Counted from the stretch's first letter, positions 9,313 to 17,675 are shown. The stretch is DNA of 32,000 nucleotides from Acaryochloris marina S15 (GCF_018336915.1 NZ_CP064923.1:5220001-5252000), one strand, 5' to 3'. Notes: generated by a model not told the origin, from the sequence alone. Numbers and translations: made by a program.

Positions 9313-10359
9313 CTATTTCCCCTGGAGATAATTTACAATTCCTTGGGCAATGGCCTCTGCCAAGCGTTTGCGATGGGCTGCCGTTCGCAATTTCGCTGCA
9401 TCAGTCCTACCCGTCAAAAATCCTAGTTCTACAAGGACAGCTGGCATCGATGATTTTCTTAAGACATAGAATCGGGCTTGGCGAATGCCACGATCGCCGA
9501 CAGAGACGGCTCGACGAATGCTGGTATGAATCGCACGGGCCAAGCGGTATCCCGTCACATAATAGTAAGTTTCTAAACCGTTGATATCAGGACGGCTGAG
9601 GCTAATGGCATTGGCATGAATACTGACAAACACATCAGCACGAGCCCCTTCAGCTTTGGCCACTCGCGGGGGTAAGTCTACTTCGCGATCGCCGGAGCGA
9701 GTCAAGACCGCATTAATCCCTCGTTTTCGCAGGAGGTTATGGACTTGGGTCGAGACATCTAAGACCACTCGTTTTTCCTGTATCCCGCCAATGCCTACTG
9801 CACCTGGGTCAGCGCCCCCATGACCGGGGTCAATAACAACGACTTTTGCCCCTGACTTAACGGGTTTAGAAACGATGGGACCGGGTGAGGAAATAGAGGG
9901 CTTGGGGATTTTGGGGGGCGGCACTCTAATGGCAATCGTCTTGCGCGAAGACTTTTTAGCATCCTTTAAGGGGAAAAATTTGGGGAGTTGGATATACCAA
10001 CGATTGGGGGCAATACCGCGCACCAGGACGCGCCGGGGGCTTAAGGTATATTTTTTGCTCAGCTCCACGACCACGCGTGTGGTTTTACGGTTATGTTGAG
10101 CCACCCGCACTTCTCGGACATACTTGCTGATTTTGCGGCGGGCTTTCAGTTTACGAAAGGTGGTATTGGGAAGGTCAATCACCAGTCGGGTCGGGTTCAT
10201 CACCACTTTTGCCCGCGGCTTAGTTGCTGAATTCGTAATCAGATCAATGCGACTTTTTTTAGAATTAAACTTCCAGTAGGTGAGCTGTCCTGCTGATGCA
10301 CTGTCCGCCCAGCAGAATAGGCTTAAAGCGAGGGGCAATACCCAGCTGGCTTTCCTCAT
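9313..10359 (-). CDS. amiC: N-acetylmuramoyl-L-alanine amidase (Amidase_3) with signal peptide and N-terminal AMIN domain
   Basis: The track ORF starts at a TTG (10392). The ATG at 10359 gives MRKASWVLPLALSLFCWADSASA, a signal peptide. An AMIN-like segment (LTYWKFN...RLVIDLPNT) and the catalytic region VVIDPGHGGADPGAVG...VSIHANA...ELGFLT follow. Confidence 0.88.
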   Translation of the reverse strand: MRKASWVLPLALSLFCWADSASAGQLTYWKFNSKKSRIDLITNSATKPRAKVVMNPTRLVIDLPNTTFRKLKARRKISKYVREVRVAQHNRKTTRVVVELSKKYTLSPRRVLVRGIAPNRWYIQLPKFFPLKDAKKSSRKTIAIRVPPPKIPKPSISSPGPIVSKPVKSGAKVVVIDPGHGGADPGAVGIGGIQEKRVVLDVSTQVHNLLRKRGINAVLTRSGDREVDLPPRVAKAEGARADVFVSIHANAISLSRPDINGLETYYYVTGYRLARAIHTSIRRAVSVGDRGIRQARFYVLRKSSMPAVLVELGFLTGRTDAAKLRTAAHRKRLAEAIAQGIVNYLQGK

Positions 10360-10668
10360 CTTGCAATTCCACAGTCGTCTCTGAGCAGGCAAATCTTTAG
10401 TCTCGAGTAGGTTGGGGGGGTAGATCCCTCTTGACTGGTAGGAGCACGATCAAGTTTCCTGTGCTGATGTTTTGCCCAGAGAAAGATGATGCTCATCGCC
10501 CGCCATCATCATGGATCATTGCTGAAGACGCAAGTCTTGCGGATCAATGGTGCTGGAGATATTAGCTGAAACACTTTACGGGCAAGCATTAACACCAAAT
10601 TCATTGTTTTCCTGACTGCTTTGCGTTTCTTAAATTTTCCACCGCTGATGGTCGTATTCTAGGCATCC

Positions 10669-12243
10669 TTAGTCTGCCCCATTCGAAAGATGAATCGGCG
10701 CGAGTTGATAGTGATGCCACTGTCGTTGAAAGCGTTCTGCAATCAGAGGACGCAGGATAAATTTAGGGGGCGTTCCGGCCTGCACATCAATCCGTAGACC
10801 AGAATAGGGGCGGTGTTTTTGGGAACCTTGCCCATGTCTGCCGATAAAGAGTTGCGATCGCGCCACGCATCGCTCGGCACCTCCATCCACCGATTCCCAT
10901 AAGTCCTCTCCCTCAGGGCGTTGTCGCCGTAGACTAAATCCACTGCCCCCACAAACCACACAATTGATATGGGAATCGGCATGGCCCGTATCGCCGGTTT
11001 TCAGAACTTCTAGACAATGGGCATGACCGTTAATGATCAAATCGACGAGGGGGCGGCCAGCCGCCTGATCTCCCACGACCTGCTGGACCTGATCTAAGAC
11101 CTGACGCAAATGACGGCGAATGGCAAGGGTTTGGCCCTGATACCACTTACTGGCCTCAGTAACATAGGGCGGGTGATGAAAAAATAAGACTCGTCCTCGC
11201 ACCTCGGGGTTAGACCAAGACTCAATCAGCCGTTGTTTCAGCCACACTAACTGTTCGATATCTAAGCTGAGGTCGGGGCCATTGGCCAATTGCTTATCAA
11301 TATCTAAAATTTGCTCGTCTAATTGCTCAACTTTGGCATAGGTATCGCTGGTCGCATCATCGTCCGAGCGAGACTCATGCTGGCGCAAAGCTGCTGCCAA
11401 GGCTCGACTTCTAGTATTGATCAGAGCTTGGCGGTCTGCCTTCAATTGTCGTCGCCGTAATCTGCCCGTCTTATCTTTAGGAATGGGCAGTGGGGTATTC
11501 AAGGTATTCGAGTCCAGAGCAAAGAAATCAATCCCACCTTTACGAAATTGATAGTAGCGGTTGGGTAAGCGAGTAAACGCTCCTGGTTGATAGCGCAAGC
11601 AACGCTGGCCATTAAAATAAGCGGTGTAATGGGCTTCTACATGCTGGCGTAATTCAGCCATTGTGAACCGATGGAGATAATCTAAAAACGCTTGGGCATA
11701 GGCATCCCCTTTGTTAGAGCCATGCCAGCCGAGATCGAGATCAAGCTGACGCTGAAAGAGATTGCGTATCGGTAAAGTGGCTTGAGCGATTAATCCCACA
11801 CACCAGGGCAGATCGTAGTAATCATGGTTACCGGGCACTGCAAACAGGGGCAACTTAAAGACCATTTGGTCATAGGCAATCTGTTGAGGTCGCTCACCAT
11901 TGATCAGCCACTCGCGATAAGGGTGAATAAAATGATCAAAGTATTGCTCTTGCGACCCCACGAGATACACAACATCCCCCGTATGGAGTACAAAGCTGCT
12001 GCCTTGCCCGTGGGCTAAGAGTTGCTCCATCACACGCCGCTGAGGACTATCACCGCGATATTGCCCGGTGCCACTATCCCCAATCACCAAAAAGGAAAAA
12101 TCGAGGCTGTCCGACTGCTCATCGTCCACCACTAATCGGGTTTGATCAACCTCTCTAGCTTGTAGGTAAGGATGCTGCCAACACACCCGTTCCTTCATTT
12201 TGGCGATCTTGACGGCGACGGCTGGATCCGAAACAAACTTCAT
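10669..12243 (-). CDS. Calcineurin-like metallophosphoesterase with a long helical insertion
   Basis: 524 aa. Motifs VIGDSGTG, TGDVVY, GNHDY, FFHHPPY and NGHAHC. About 200 aa separate motifs III and IV, including a charged helical stretch RRRQLKADRQALINTRSRALAAALRQ...EQLDEQILDIDKQL. Confidence 0.85.
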   Translation of the reverse strand: MKFVSDPAVAVKIAKMKERVCWQHPYLQAREVDQTRLVVDDEQSDSLDFSFLVIGDSGTGQYRGDSPQRRVMEQLLAHGQGSSFVLHTGDVVYLVGSQEQYFDHFIHPYREWLINGERPQQIAYDQMVFKLPLFAVPGNHDYYDLPWCVGLIAQATLPIRNLFQRQLDLDLGWHGSNKGDAYAQAFLDYLHRFTMAELRQHVEAHYTAYFNGQRCLRYQPGAFTRLPNRYYQFRKGGIDFFALDSNTLNTPLPIPKDKTGRLRRRQLKADRQALINTRSRALAAALRQHESRSDDDATSDTYAKVEQLDEQILDIDKQLANGPDLSLDIEQLVWLKQRLIESWSNPEVRGRVLFFHHPPYVTEASKWYQGQTLAIRRHLRQVLDQVQQVVGDQAAGRPLVDLIINGHAHCLEVLKTGDTGHADSHINCVVCGGSGFSLRRQRPEGEDLWESVDGGAERCVARSQLFIGRHGQGSQKHRPYSGLRIDVQAGTPPKFILRPLIAERFQRQWHHYQLAPIHLSNGAD

Positions 12244-12250
12244 GAGAGGC

Positions 12251-12970
12251 CTAATCTTCAGAAGAGAGCAGGGCGTTGTCCGATTTGCTGAATAACCCTA
12301 GGATCGGCCCCAGAATCGCGCCAAATATAAATCCACCGGCATGGGCCCAATAGGCAATCCCACCCGCTTCCATGCCGACGGTAACGGGGGCGTCTAAACT
12401 AGCTACTCCATAAAAGGCTTGCTGCACAAACCAAAATCCCAGGTAGAGAATTGCAGGAACTCTAAAAGTGGTCAGAAAAATACCTAAGGGCACCAGGGTC
12501 AGGATTCTGACTTGAGGGAAGCGGAAGATATAAGCCCCCATCACTCCGGCGATCGCACCGCTGGCCCCTAAGGATGGCACCACTGAAAGGGGATTAAAAA
12601 ACCATTGGGTCAGAACCGCCAAAGCCCCACAGGCTAAATAAAACAAGAGAAATCGCATCCGACCCAGCTGCTCTTCTACATTATTGCCAAAGATCCACAG
12701 GTAGAGCATGTTGCCTGCCACATGCAAAAAACCGCCGTGGAGAAACTGGGAGGTGATTAAGGTGCCCCACTCTCCGGCATCCACGGCGGAGAAACCGCTA
12801 AAGCTCGCGGTGAGCTCAATGGGAACAACCGCCCAATGCTGGAGAAAGAGGCTCAGTTGTCCCGGAGGCAAACTTAATTCATAGCCAAATATCAACAGAT
12901 TGAGAACAATCAGACCATAGGTCACATAGGGCGTGATTTGAGTTGGATTTTCATCGCGAAGAGGAACCAT
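12251..12970 (-). CDS. Rhomboid-family intramembrane serine protease
   Basis: 239 aa, polytopic. Motifs FLHGGFLHVAGNMLYLWIFG, catalytic GASGAIAGVMGAY, and HAGGFIFG. The stop lies 7 nt upstream of the metallophosphoesterase ATG. Confidence 0.9.
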   Translation of the reverse strand: MVPLRDENPTQITPYVTYGLIVLNLLIFGYELSLPPGQLSLFLQHWAVVPIELTASFSGFSAVDAGEWGTLITSQFLHGGFLHVAGNMLYLWIFGNNVEEQLGRMRFLLFYLACGALAVLTQWFFNPLSVVPSLGASGAIAGVMGAYIFRFPQVRILTLVPLGIFLTTFRVPAILYLGFWFVQQAFYGVASLDAPVTVGMEAGGIAYWAHAGGFIFGAILGPILGLFSKSDNALLSSED

Positions 12971-13031
12971 TTGTACAACCTCGCTCAGGGGACTAATATG
13001 CAGCTTAGTTCATTTACCCCCGGAAGGGTCA

Positions 13032-13220
13032 TCATGACTCAGTAGCAGGGAGTTCAATACGCAGCGTTTTGAAGAATACAAACAGGGAAATGAGGTAGAG
13101 CACCACGACAATCACAAATCCGGCAACCGGCGGCGTACAGTCAGCCCCTTGCTTAAAGCCATAGCAATCTCTGGGGCTGGCTAGCAAGACCAAACACTGG
13201 CAAGTCATGCCCACCCACAA
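13032..13220 (-). CDS. Hypothetical small membrane protein (weak call)
   Basis: 62-aa ORF with one hydrophobic helix (VAGFVIVVVLYLISLFVFF). No recognisable family. It lies directly beside the IS630 left end. Confidence 0.25.
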   Translation of the reverse strand: MWVGMTCQCLVLLASPRDCYGFKQGADCTPPVAGFVIVVVLYLISLFVFFKTLRIELPATES

Positions 13221-13304
13221 CCAAAGATTTCGATACCTGATACCAATTTGTGTTTTGGGATGTAATTTAGATAGGATCTAATCCTATGTTCATTCCATAA
13301 GTAT

Positions 13305-13823
13305 ATGAGTCGAGTTAGTACAGTTAAACCGCATCTAACAGTGGATGAGGTGAAAGACAAAATTGCTACGGCTCCGACTGCCCGCTGTCAGCAAAAATGG
13401 ATGATTATTTATAACGCCCTGGTAGATCCTCGCCCAGCTATCGAAATAGCCACGCATACTGCTACTAGTCTTCGAACGGTCCATCAGGTGATTTCCGCTT
13501 ACAATCGCCTAGGAGCAGCAGCAATTGCTCCTAGGGCTAAACGGAAGAAGAATCCCGGTGCTTATCTGAGTATCGAAGAAGAGATTGAATTTTTAGAATC
13601 GTTTATTGAACGTGCTCAACAAGGTCATTTAACAACGGTTCAAGAGATCCAAACGGCCTTTGAGACTAAAGTGGAGACGTCAGTGGCACCCAGTACTATC
13701 TATCGTTTGCTAGACCGACACGGATGGCGCAAACTCATGCCTCGTCCGTCCCATCCCAATGGAAACAAAGCGGCACGAGAGGCTTTTAAAAAAACTTTCG
13801 GGGGCTGGTCCAAACCGCTGTAG
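13305..13823 (+). CDS. IS630-family transposase, OrfA (HTH / DNA-binding part)
   Basis: 172 aa. It ends shortly after an A7 run. Its C-terminal REAFKK joins OrfB in the -1 frame to give the typical FKKNF...DEGRFG continuation. Confidence 0.85.
   Translation: MSRVSTVKPHLTVDEVKDKIATAPTARCQQKWMIIYNALVDPRPAIEIATHTATSLRTVHQVISAYNRLGAAAIAPRAKRKKNPGAYLSIEEEIEFLESFIERAQQGHLTTVQEIQTAFETKVETSVAPSTIYRLLDRHGWRKLMPRPSHPNGNKAAREAFKKTFGGWSKPL
13784..13795 (+). other. Probable programmed -1 frameshift (or transcriptional slippage) site TTTTAAAAAAAC joining IS630 OrfA and OrfB
   Basis: A7 run at 13788-13794. OrfB is in the -1 frame relative to OrfA and is open from 13790. A slip on the AAA AAA codons yields ...EAFKKNFRGLVQTAVADRSAEDQRPIVIMAADEGRFG. 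Confidence 0.6.
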
Positions 13824-13855
13824 CAGATCGCTCAGCTGAAGACCAACGTCCCATT

Positions 13856-14374
13856 GTGATCATGGCAGCAGACGAAGGGCGCTTTGGTCGTCTAGGGCAA
13901 GTAAGAAGAGCTTGGTGTGCTCCTGGAATTCGACCCGAAAGTGGGCAGCAGCTTGTCCGTGAATATCTCTATGGCTATGTTGCTGTTGCTCCTGCGTTAG
14001 GAAAGATGAGTGCTTTAGTCTTACCCTTTTCCAATACTCAGATGATGAACTTATTCCTAGCACAAGTGGCGGATGAATTTTCAGACTATTTTGTGGTGAT
14101 GCAGGTCGATGGAGCGTCTTACCACACCGGAAAGAAGCTCGTCATTCCAGACAATATACGCTTGATTGTTCAGCCTCCTCGAAGTCCACAACTCAATGCT
14201 GTAGAGCATATCTGGGAGGAGGTGAAAGAAAAGCACTTCTACAATCAGGTTTTTGATTCTTTAGATGAGGTATCCGATACCTTGTGCAAGGGACTCAAAG
14301 AACTCATGGATTTACCCGATAGGCTGACTTCTATGACCAATTGGTCGTGCATCAAACAATTGTGGGGTAGGTGA
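13856..14374 (+). CDS. IS630-family transposase, OrfB (DDE_3 catalytic part); the last codons are replaced by IS1 terminal sequence
   Basis: AADEGRFG (first D), MQVDGASYHT (second D) and PPRSPQLNAVEHIWEEVK (E). The frame is open upstream to 13790. From about 14343 the ORF reads into the IS1 inverted repeat. Removing the IS1 restores ...LTSMTNFPHMRITI-stop, a typical IS630 C-terminus. Confidence 0.85.
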   Translation: MIMAADEGRFGRLGQVRRAWCAPGIRPESGQQLVREYLYGYVAVAPALGKMSALVLPFSNTQMMNLFLAQVADEFSDYFVVMQVDGASYHTGKKLVIPDNIRLIVQPPRSPQLNAVEHIWEEVKEKHFYNQVFDSLDEVSDTLCKGLKELMDLPDRLTSMTNWSCIKQLWGR

Positions 14375-14852
14375 GTATGTCATCCCAATGCCAAGCTCGC
14401 GAGGCTAGATCAGCACGTTGTGCCGCCGTTGTTTTAAGCCGACTGTGTGTCCAAATCCAATTGAAATAGCTGACCACTAATCGAGCAGTGACTTTGGTTT
14501 GCGCCCACACTTTGCCAAATTTGTTCTGGCGTCGATGCCATCGACCACTGTGCTGTCGAATAATGCCATTGGTGCGTTCGAGTCGTTGAGTTCTGTCCTT
14601 GCCAATGTAATGGTCAATCTCCCAAGGCAACACTCTTTCGTACCCCCCCCAATCGTCGCTATTCCAGTCCTTGCAATCGGTCTTACCTTCAGTGCTAGTC
14701 ACCAGTTCATTCAATAATGAATCGGTGTGCTTGCCCACACGACACGAGAGGATCACGCCGCTTGTGTTTGCCAAGGTAATCGCCATCCAACAATCACCCA
14801 TCTCTAGCTCATGGGGAAGACAGTGTTTTTGCTTTTTTTCACAAAGGACCAC
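14352..14852 (-). CDS. insB: IS1-family InsB-like DDE transposase domain (expressed as an InsAB fusion by -1 frameshift)
   Basis: 166 aa, in the -1 frame relative to insA and overlapping it by 49 nt. Contains SDDWGGYERV and RTNGIIRQHSGRWHRRQNKF, which are IS1 InsB-like. Confidence 0.88.
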   Translation of the reverse strand: MVLCEKKQKHCLPHELEMGDCWMAITLANTSGVILSCRVGKHTDSLLNELVTSTEGKTDCKDWNSDDWGGYERVLPWEIDHYIGKDRTQRLERTNGIIRQHSGRWHRRQNKFGKVWAQTKVTARLVVSYFNWIWTHSRLKTTAAQRADLASRAWHWDDILTYPTIV

Positions 14853-15181
14853 ATTTCATCTGCACTGACATCCTCCGTTTCAACGGCTTGCACTTGGCCA
14901 TTATGGAGTTGCTGAGATCGTTGGCTAGCAGCTCTTACTAGAGAGACTACAGTGTTGTAAGCCAGGCCACTGGTCCGAGTGATACCTCGAAGACTACTCC
15001 CTTCTGCATGGGCTTGGAGAACTTGTCGGACCTGCTCTGGACTCACCTGACGACGATAGTAAAGGGTATCAAAGCGTTCAGTAAAGGTCTGCTGGCACTC
15101 AGGACAACGGTATCGTTGAAGCATGTTGGGCATCTTGCCATGCTTGTGTGCTTTGGAATGACCGCATAGTGGGCATTGCAT
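14804..15181 (-). CDS. insA: IS1-family InsA-like protein (zinc finger plus HTH)
   Basis: MQCPLCGHSKAHKHG...YRCPECQQTF (CxxC...CxxC), followed by an HTH-like region. It ends just after an A7 run. Confidence 0.88.
   Translation of the reverse strand: MQCPLCGHSKAHKHGKMPNMLQRYRCPECQQTFTERFDTLYYRRQVSPEQVRQVLQAHAEGSSLRGITRTSGLAYNTVVSLVRAASQRSQQLHNGQVQAVETEDVSADEMWSFVKKSKNTVFPMS
14833..14839 (-). other. IS1 -1 frameshift motif (A7 run, GTG AAA AAA AGC on the minus strand)
   Basis: Zero frame reads ...SFVKKSKNTVFPMS-stop. A -1 slip reads ...SFVKKKQKHCLPHELEMGDCWM... into InsB. This mirrors the A6C motif of canonical IS1. Confidence 0.65.
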
Positions 15182-15228
15182 GGGTAGGTTAGAAGCTGAG
15201 CTGAGCCTCTAGTATACTCAACCCACAA

Positions 15229-15489
15229 TTACTTGAGGCACGACCGACCAATTTTCCTCATATGAGAATTACGATTTAAAACGCAAATTGGCATGAGATG
15301 ACCATGAGGATGCTTAATCGCATGGAAAATAAGGTACAGAAGACCTACGCCATACTCAGGCAACACCAACATTAGGAATGCGATCGCAACCGGAATTGTA
15401 AAGGCCAACAGATTATGTGCGATAAAGCTGCCTAATGCATATAGCCCGAACCAAAGCGCAAATTTTTTGATGGAGATGACTGAAGACAT
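15229..15489 (-). pseudogene. Small two-helix membrane-protein ORF whose 3' end has been replaced by IS sequence
   Basis: 86-aa ORF. Codons 1-66 (down to 15292) are native. Codons 67-86 (PICVLNRNSHMRKIGRSCLK) are encoded by the IS630 right inverted repeat and the IS1 end. Confidence 0.35.
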
Positions 15490-15559
15490 TCTTCATATCC
15501 CACGGTGGCGATCTGCCCAACTGAGTAAACAGCAGGCATAGCTCAATCATAGAAGCGGC

Positions 15560-16057
15560 TTAGGGAGATGCCAACTGTATCTCTAAAGGACGAATTATCC
15601 ATATGGGAGATGAGCCACCGCCCGTATAAGACTCAACCGTCCCCTCCACCAGGACATTCTGTTGATCAAACTGGTCGGCTTCCGAAGGTGAACGTAGGGA
15701 TTGCTTATGAGTGGGAGGATAAAGTGCTACAGAGGTGCCATCGTTCAAGACTATCTTGGCTCTGATATGGGGAATAGGCGGTTGCTCGGGGTTCCAGATG
15801 CCTGCACTCGTAATATCTGGTGTTTGTTTATGGGCAACATAGCGCCCTTGTAAGGTCACCGGTTGACCCCCATATTTTTGCAGCGTTTCTTGATCCTGAA
15901 TCAGGGGCATGTTGTGACTGGTTTGGCTATCCAAAACTATCGATTTTTGAGGTGGCTCACATGCTATCAATGGATGCCCTGGCAGGGTCAACCACAAGAT
16001 TCCTAAGCTATACCCCACTGCTTGTCCCAGTTTCGGCATTGGATTAGCTGACCTCAT
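15560..16057 (-). CDS. Hypothetical exported protein, possible lipoprotein
   Basis: 165 aa with an ATG start. The N-terminal hydrophobic region ends in the lipobox-like LIAC. No recognisable family. Confidence 0.6.
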   Translation of the reverse strand: MRSANPMPKLGQAVGYSLGILWLTLPGHPLIACEPPQKSIVLDSQTSHNMPLIQDQETLQKYGGQPVTLQGRYVAHKQTPDITSAGIWNPEQPPIPHIRAKIVLNDGTSVALYPPTHKQSLRSPSEADQFDQQNVLVEGTVESYTGGGSSPIWIIRPLEIQLASP

Positions 16058-16544
16058 TGTCTTTCAGTTTTAAAATGCCCACAGACTATCCATCAAGTTC
16101 CCTCTAGAGAAAGCGAGCATTTGCTGTTGTCCCTCTCAATTTTTATGGATAGTCTCAATACAGCCTCAAAACTCTCAGGACAATTTAAACAAAAAAAGCG
16201 ACTTATTAGTCAACCGCCTTTGGCAATCTGATCAGTTTGCTATCAGAGTTCCCACATTGCTTATTTAGCAATTATTGCAGACTTAAAAATCCTTGAAAAT
16301 CATATCAAGAAAGAAAGATATTTTTATGTCATAAAACAATTTAAATCTAAATTATTTCCTGACTTTCTATGCGATTATTTGCAAGACAAGCTTTTTCTCT
16401 ATGATGACTTTTTTTAATCGAAGGGTAATCTAAGAGATGACAAATACTGCCATGACCATTAGATAAAAAGACACTCCTATTAACCTCTGAGAATCTAAAT
16501 TTAAGTATTTCGATAAGTTGCTAGTTCTCTACACATAAATAATT

Positions 16545-17675
16545 ATGAAAGCAATGATTTTGGCGGCGGGTAAAGGTACTCGCGTTCGCCCGATAACTTT
16601 CACGATTCCCAAACCCATGATTCCGATCATGCAGAAACCTGTGATGGAGTTTTTAGTCGATCTTCTCCGACAACATGGTTTTGATGAAATCATGGTGAAC
16701 GTTAGCCACTTGGCAGATGAAATCGAAAGCTATTTTAGAGATGGTCAGGGATTTGGGGTAGATATTGCTTACTCTTTTGAAGGTCGAATTGAAGACGGCA
16801 TGCTCATCGGAGATGCCGTTGGTTCAGCAGGAGGGATGCGGCGGATTCAAGATTTTTCTCCATTTTTTGACGATACATTTATTGTGCTATGTGGCGATGC
16901 CCTGATTGATTTGGACTTAAAAGCTGCAGTGGAATGGCACCGGCAAAAAGGCTCCATTGCCACTATCGTCATGAAAACAGTCGATCCAAATGATGTCTCT
17001 AGTTATGGTGTTGTAGTCACGGATGAAGAGGGCCGCGTGCAATCTTTTCAAGAAAAACCCACAATTGATGAAGCCCTTAGCAATACCATCAATACAGGTA
17101 TCTATATTTTTGAGCCTGCAATTCTAGACCTTATTCCATCTGGAGAAGAGTTTGATATTGGGGGTGATCTCTTTCCCAAACTAGTGTCTATGAATTTACC
17201 TTTTTATGGCGTTGCGATGGATTTCCAATGGGTGGATATTGGCAAGGTTCCTGATTATTGGCATGCCATTCGTAGCGTATTGATGGGCGAGGTCAAGAAT
17301 GTAGCTATCCCTGGTCATGAAGTGAAACCCAGTGTTTATACTGGCCTGAATGTTGATATCAACTGGGATAAGGTTGATATTCAAGGTCCGGTGTACATTG
17401 GTGGCATGACTCGCATTGATGAAGGCGTGAAAATTATTGGCCCAACCATGATTGGACCCAACTGCCATATTTGTAGTGGTGCAACAGTAGACAACAGCGT
17501 GATCTTCGAATATTCTCGTCTGGGCCCTGAAGCCAATCTAGTCGATAAGCTGGTGTTCGGTCGCTATTGTGTGGATAAAACAGGGGTGTCCTTGGATGTT
17601 CGCACAGCAGCTTTGGATTGGCTGATTACGGATGTTCGGCAAAATTCTCATGGCCCCACACCAGTGATGATCTAA
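16545..17675 (+). CDS. NDP-sugar pyrophosphorylase (mannose-1-phosphate guanylyltransferase-like nucleotidyltransferase) with C-terminal left-handed beta-helix
   Basis: MKAMILAAGKGTRVRPITFTIPKPMIP (G-rich NTP-binding loop), LCGDALIDLD and NTGIYIFEP. Hexapeptide-like repeats occur near the C-terminus. Confidence 0.9.
   Translation: MKAMILAAGKGTRVRPITFTIPKPMIPIMQKPVMEFLVDLLRQHGFDEIMVNVSHLADEIESYFRDGQGFGVDIAYSFEGRIEDGMLIGDAVGSAGGMRRIQDFSPFFDDTFIVLCGDALIDLDLKAAVEWHRQKGSIATIVMKTVDPNDVSSYGVVVTDEEGRVQSFQEKPTIDEALSNTINTGIYIFEPAILDLIPSGEEFDIGGDLFPKLVSMNLPFYGVAMDFQWVDIGKVPDYWHAIRSVLMGEVKNVAIPGHEVKPSVYTGLNVDINWDKVDIQGPVYIGGMTRIDEGVKIIGPTMIGPNCHICSGATVDNSVIFEYSRLGPEANLVDKLVFGRYCVDKTGVSLDVRTAALDWLITDVRQNSHGPTPVMI

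Larger units (their letters stand above)
14339..15253 (-). mobile_element. IS1-family insertion sequence (about 0.9 kb) nested inside the IS630 element
   Basis: About 45 bp of imperfect terminal inverted repeat. From 14339 it reads AATTGGTCGTGCATCAAACAATTGTGGGGTAGGTGAGTAT. The reverse complement ending at 15253 reads AATTGGTCGGTCGTGCCTCAAGTAATTGTGGGTTGAGTAT. The outer AATT could instead be a 4-bp target duplication, which would place the element at 14343-15249. Confidence 0.8.
13243..15291 (+). mobile_element. IS630/Tc1-mariner family insertion sequence (about 1.13 kb of its own sequence) interrupted by a nested IS1-family element
   Basis: Imperfect terminal inverted repeats. The left end is CCAATTTGTGTTTTGGGATGTAATT (from 13243). 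The reverse complement of the right end is CCAATTTGCGTTTTAAATCGTAATT (ends at 15291). The left flank is TA (13241-13242). The right flank is CA, so the TA duplication is not clean. Confidence 0.8.

Noticed and set aside
9246-9584. 112-aa plus-strand ORF overlapping the kinase stop and the amiC 3' end
   Set aside because: It is antisense to the amidase catalytic domain and has no motifs. The amiC frame is clearly the real one.
13241-15293. A clean TA target-site duplication for the first IS630 element
   Set aside because: The left flank is TA but the right flank reads CA. This is either a point mutation or a boundary that is off by a base, so I do not claim a duplication here, unlike the second IS630 copy.
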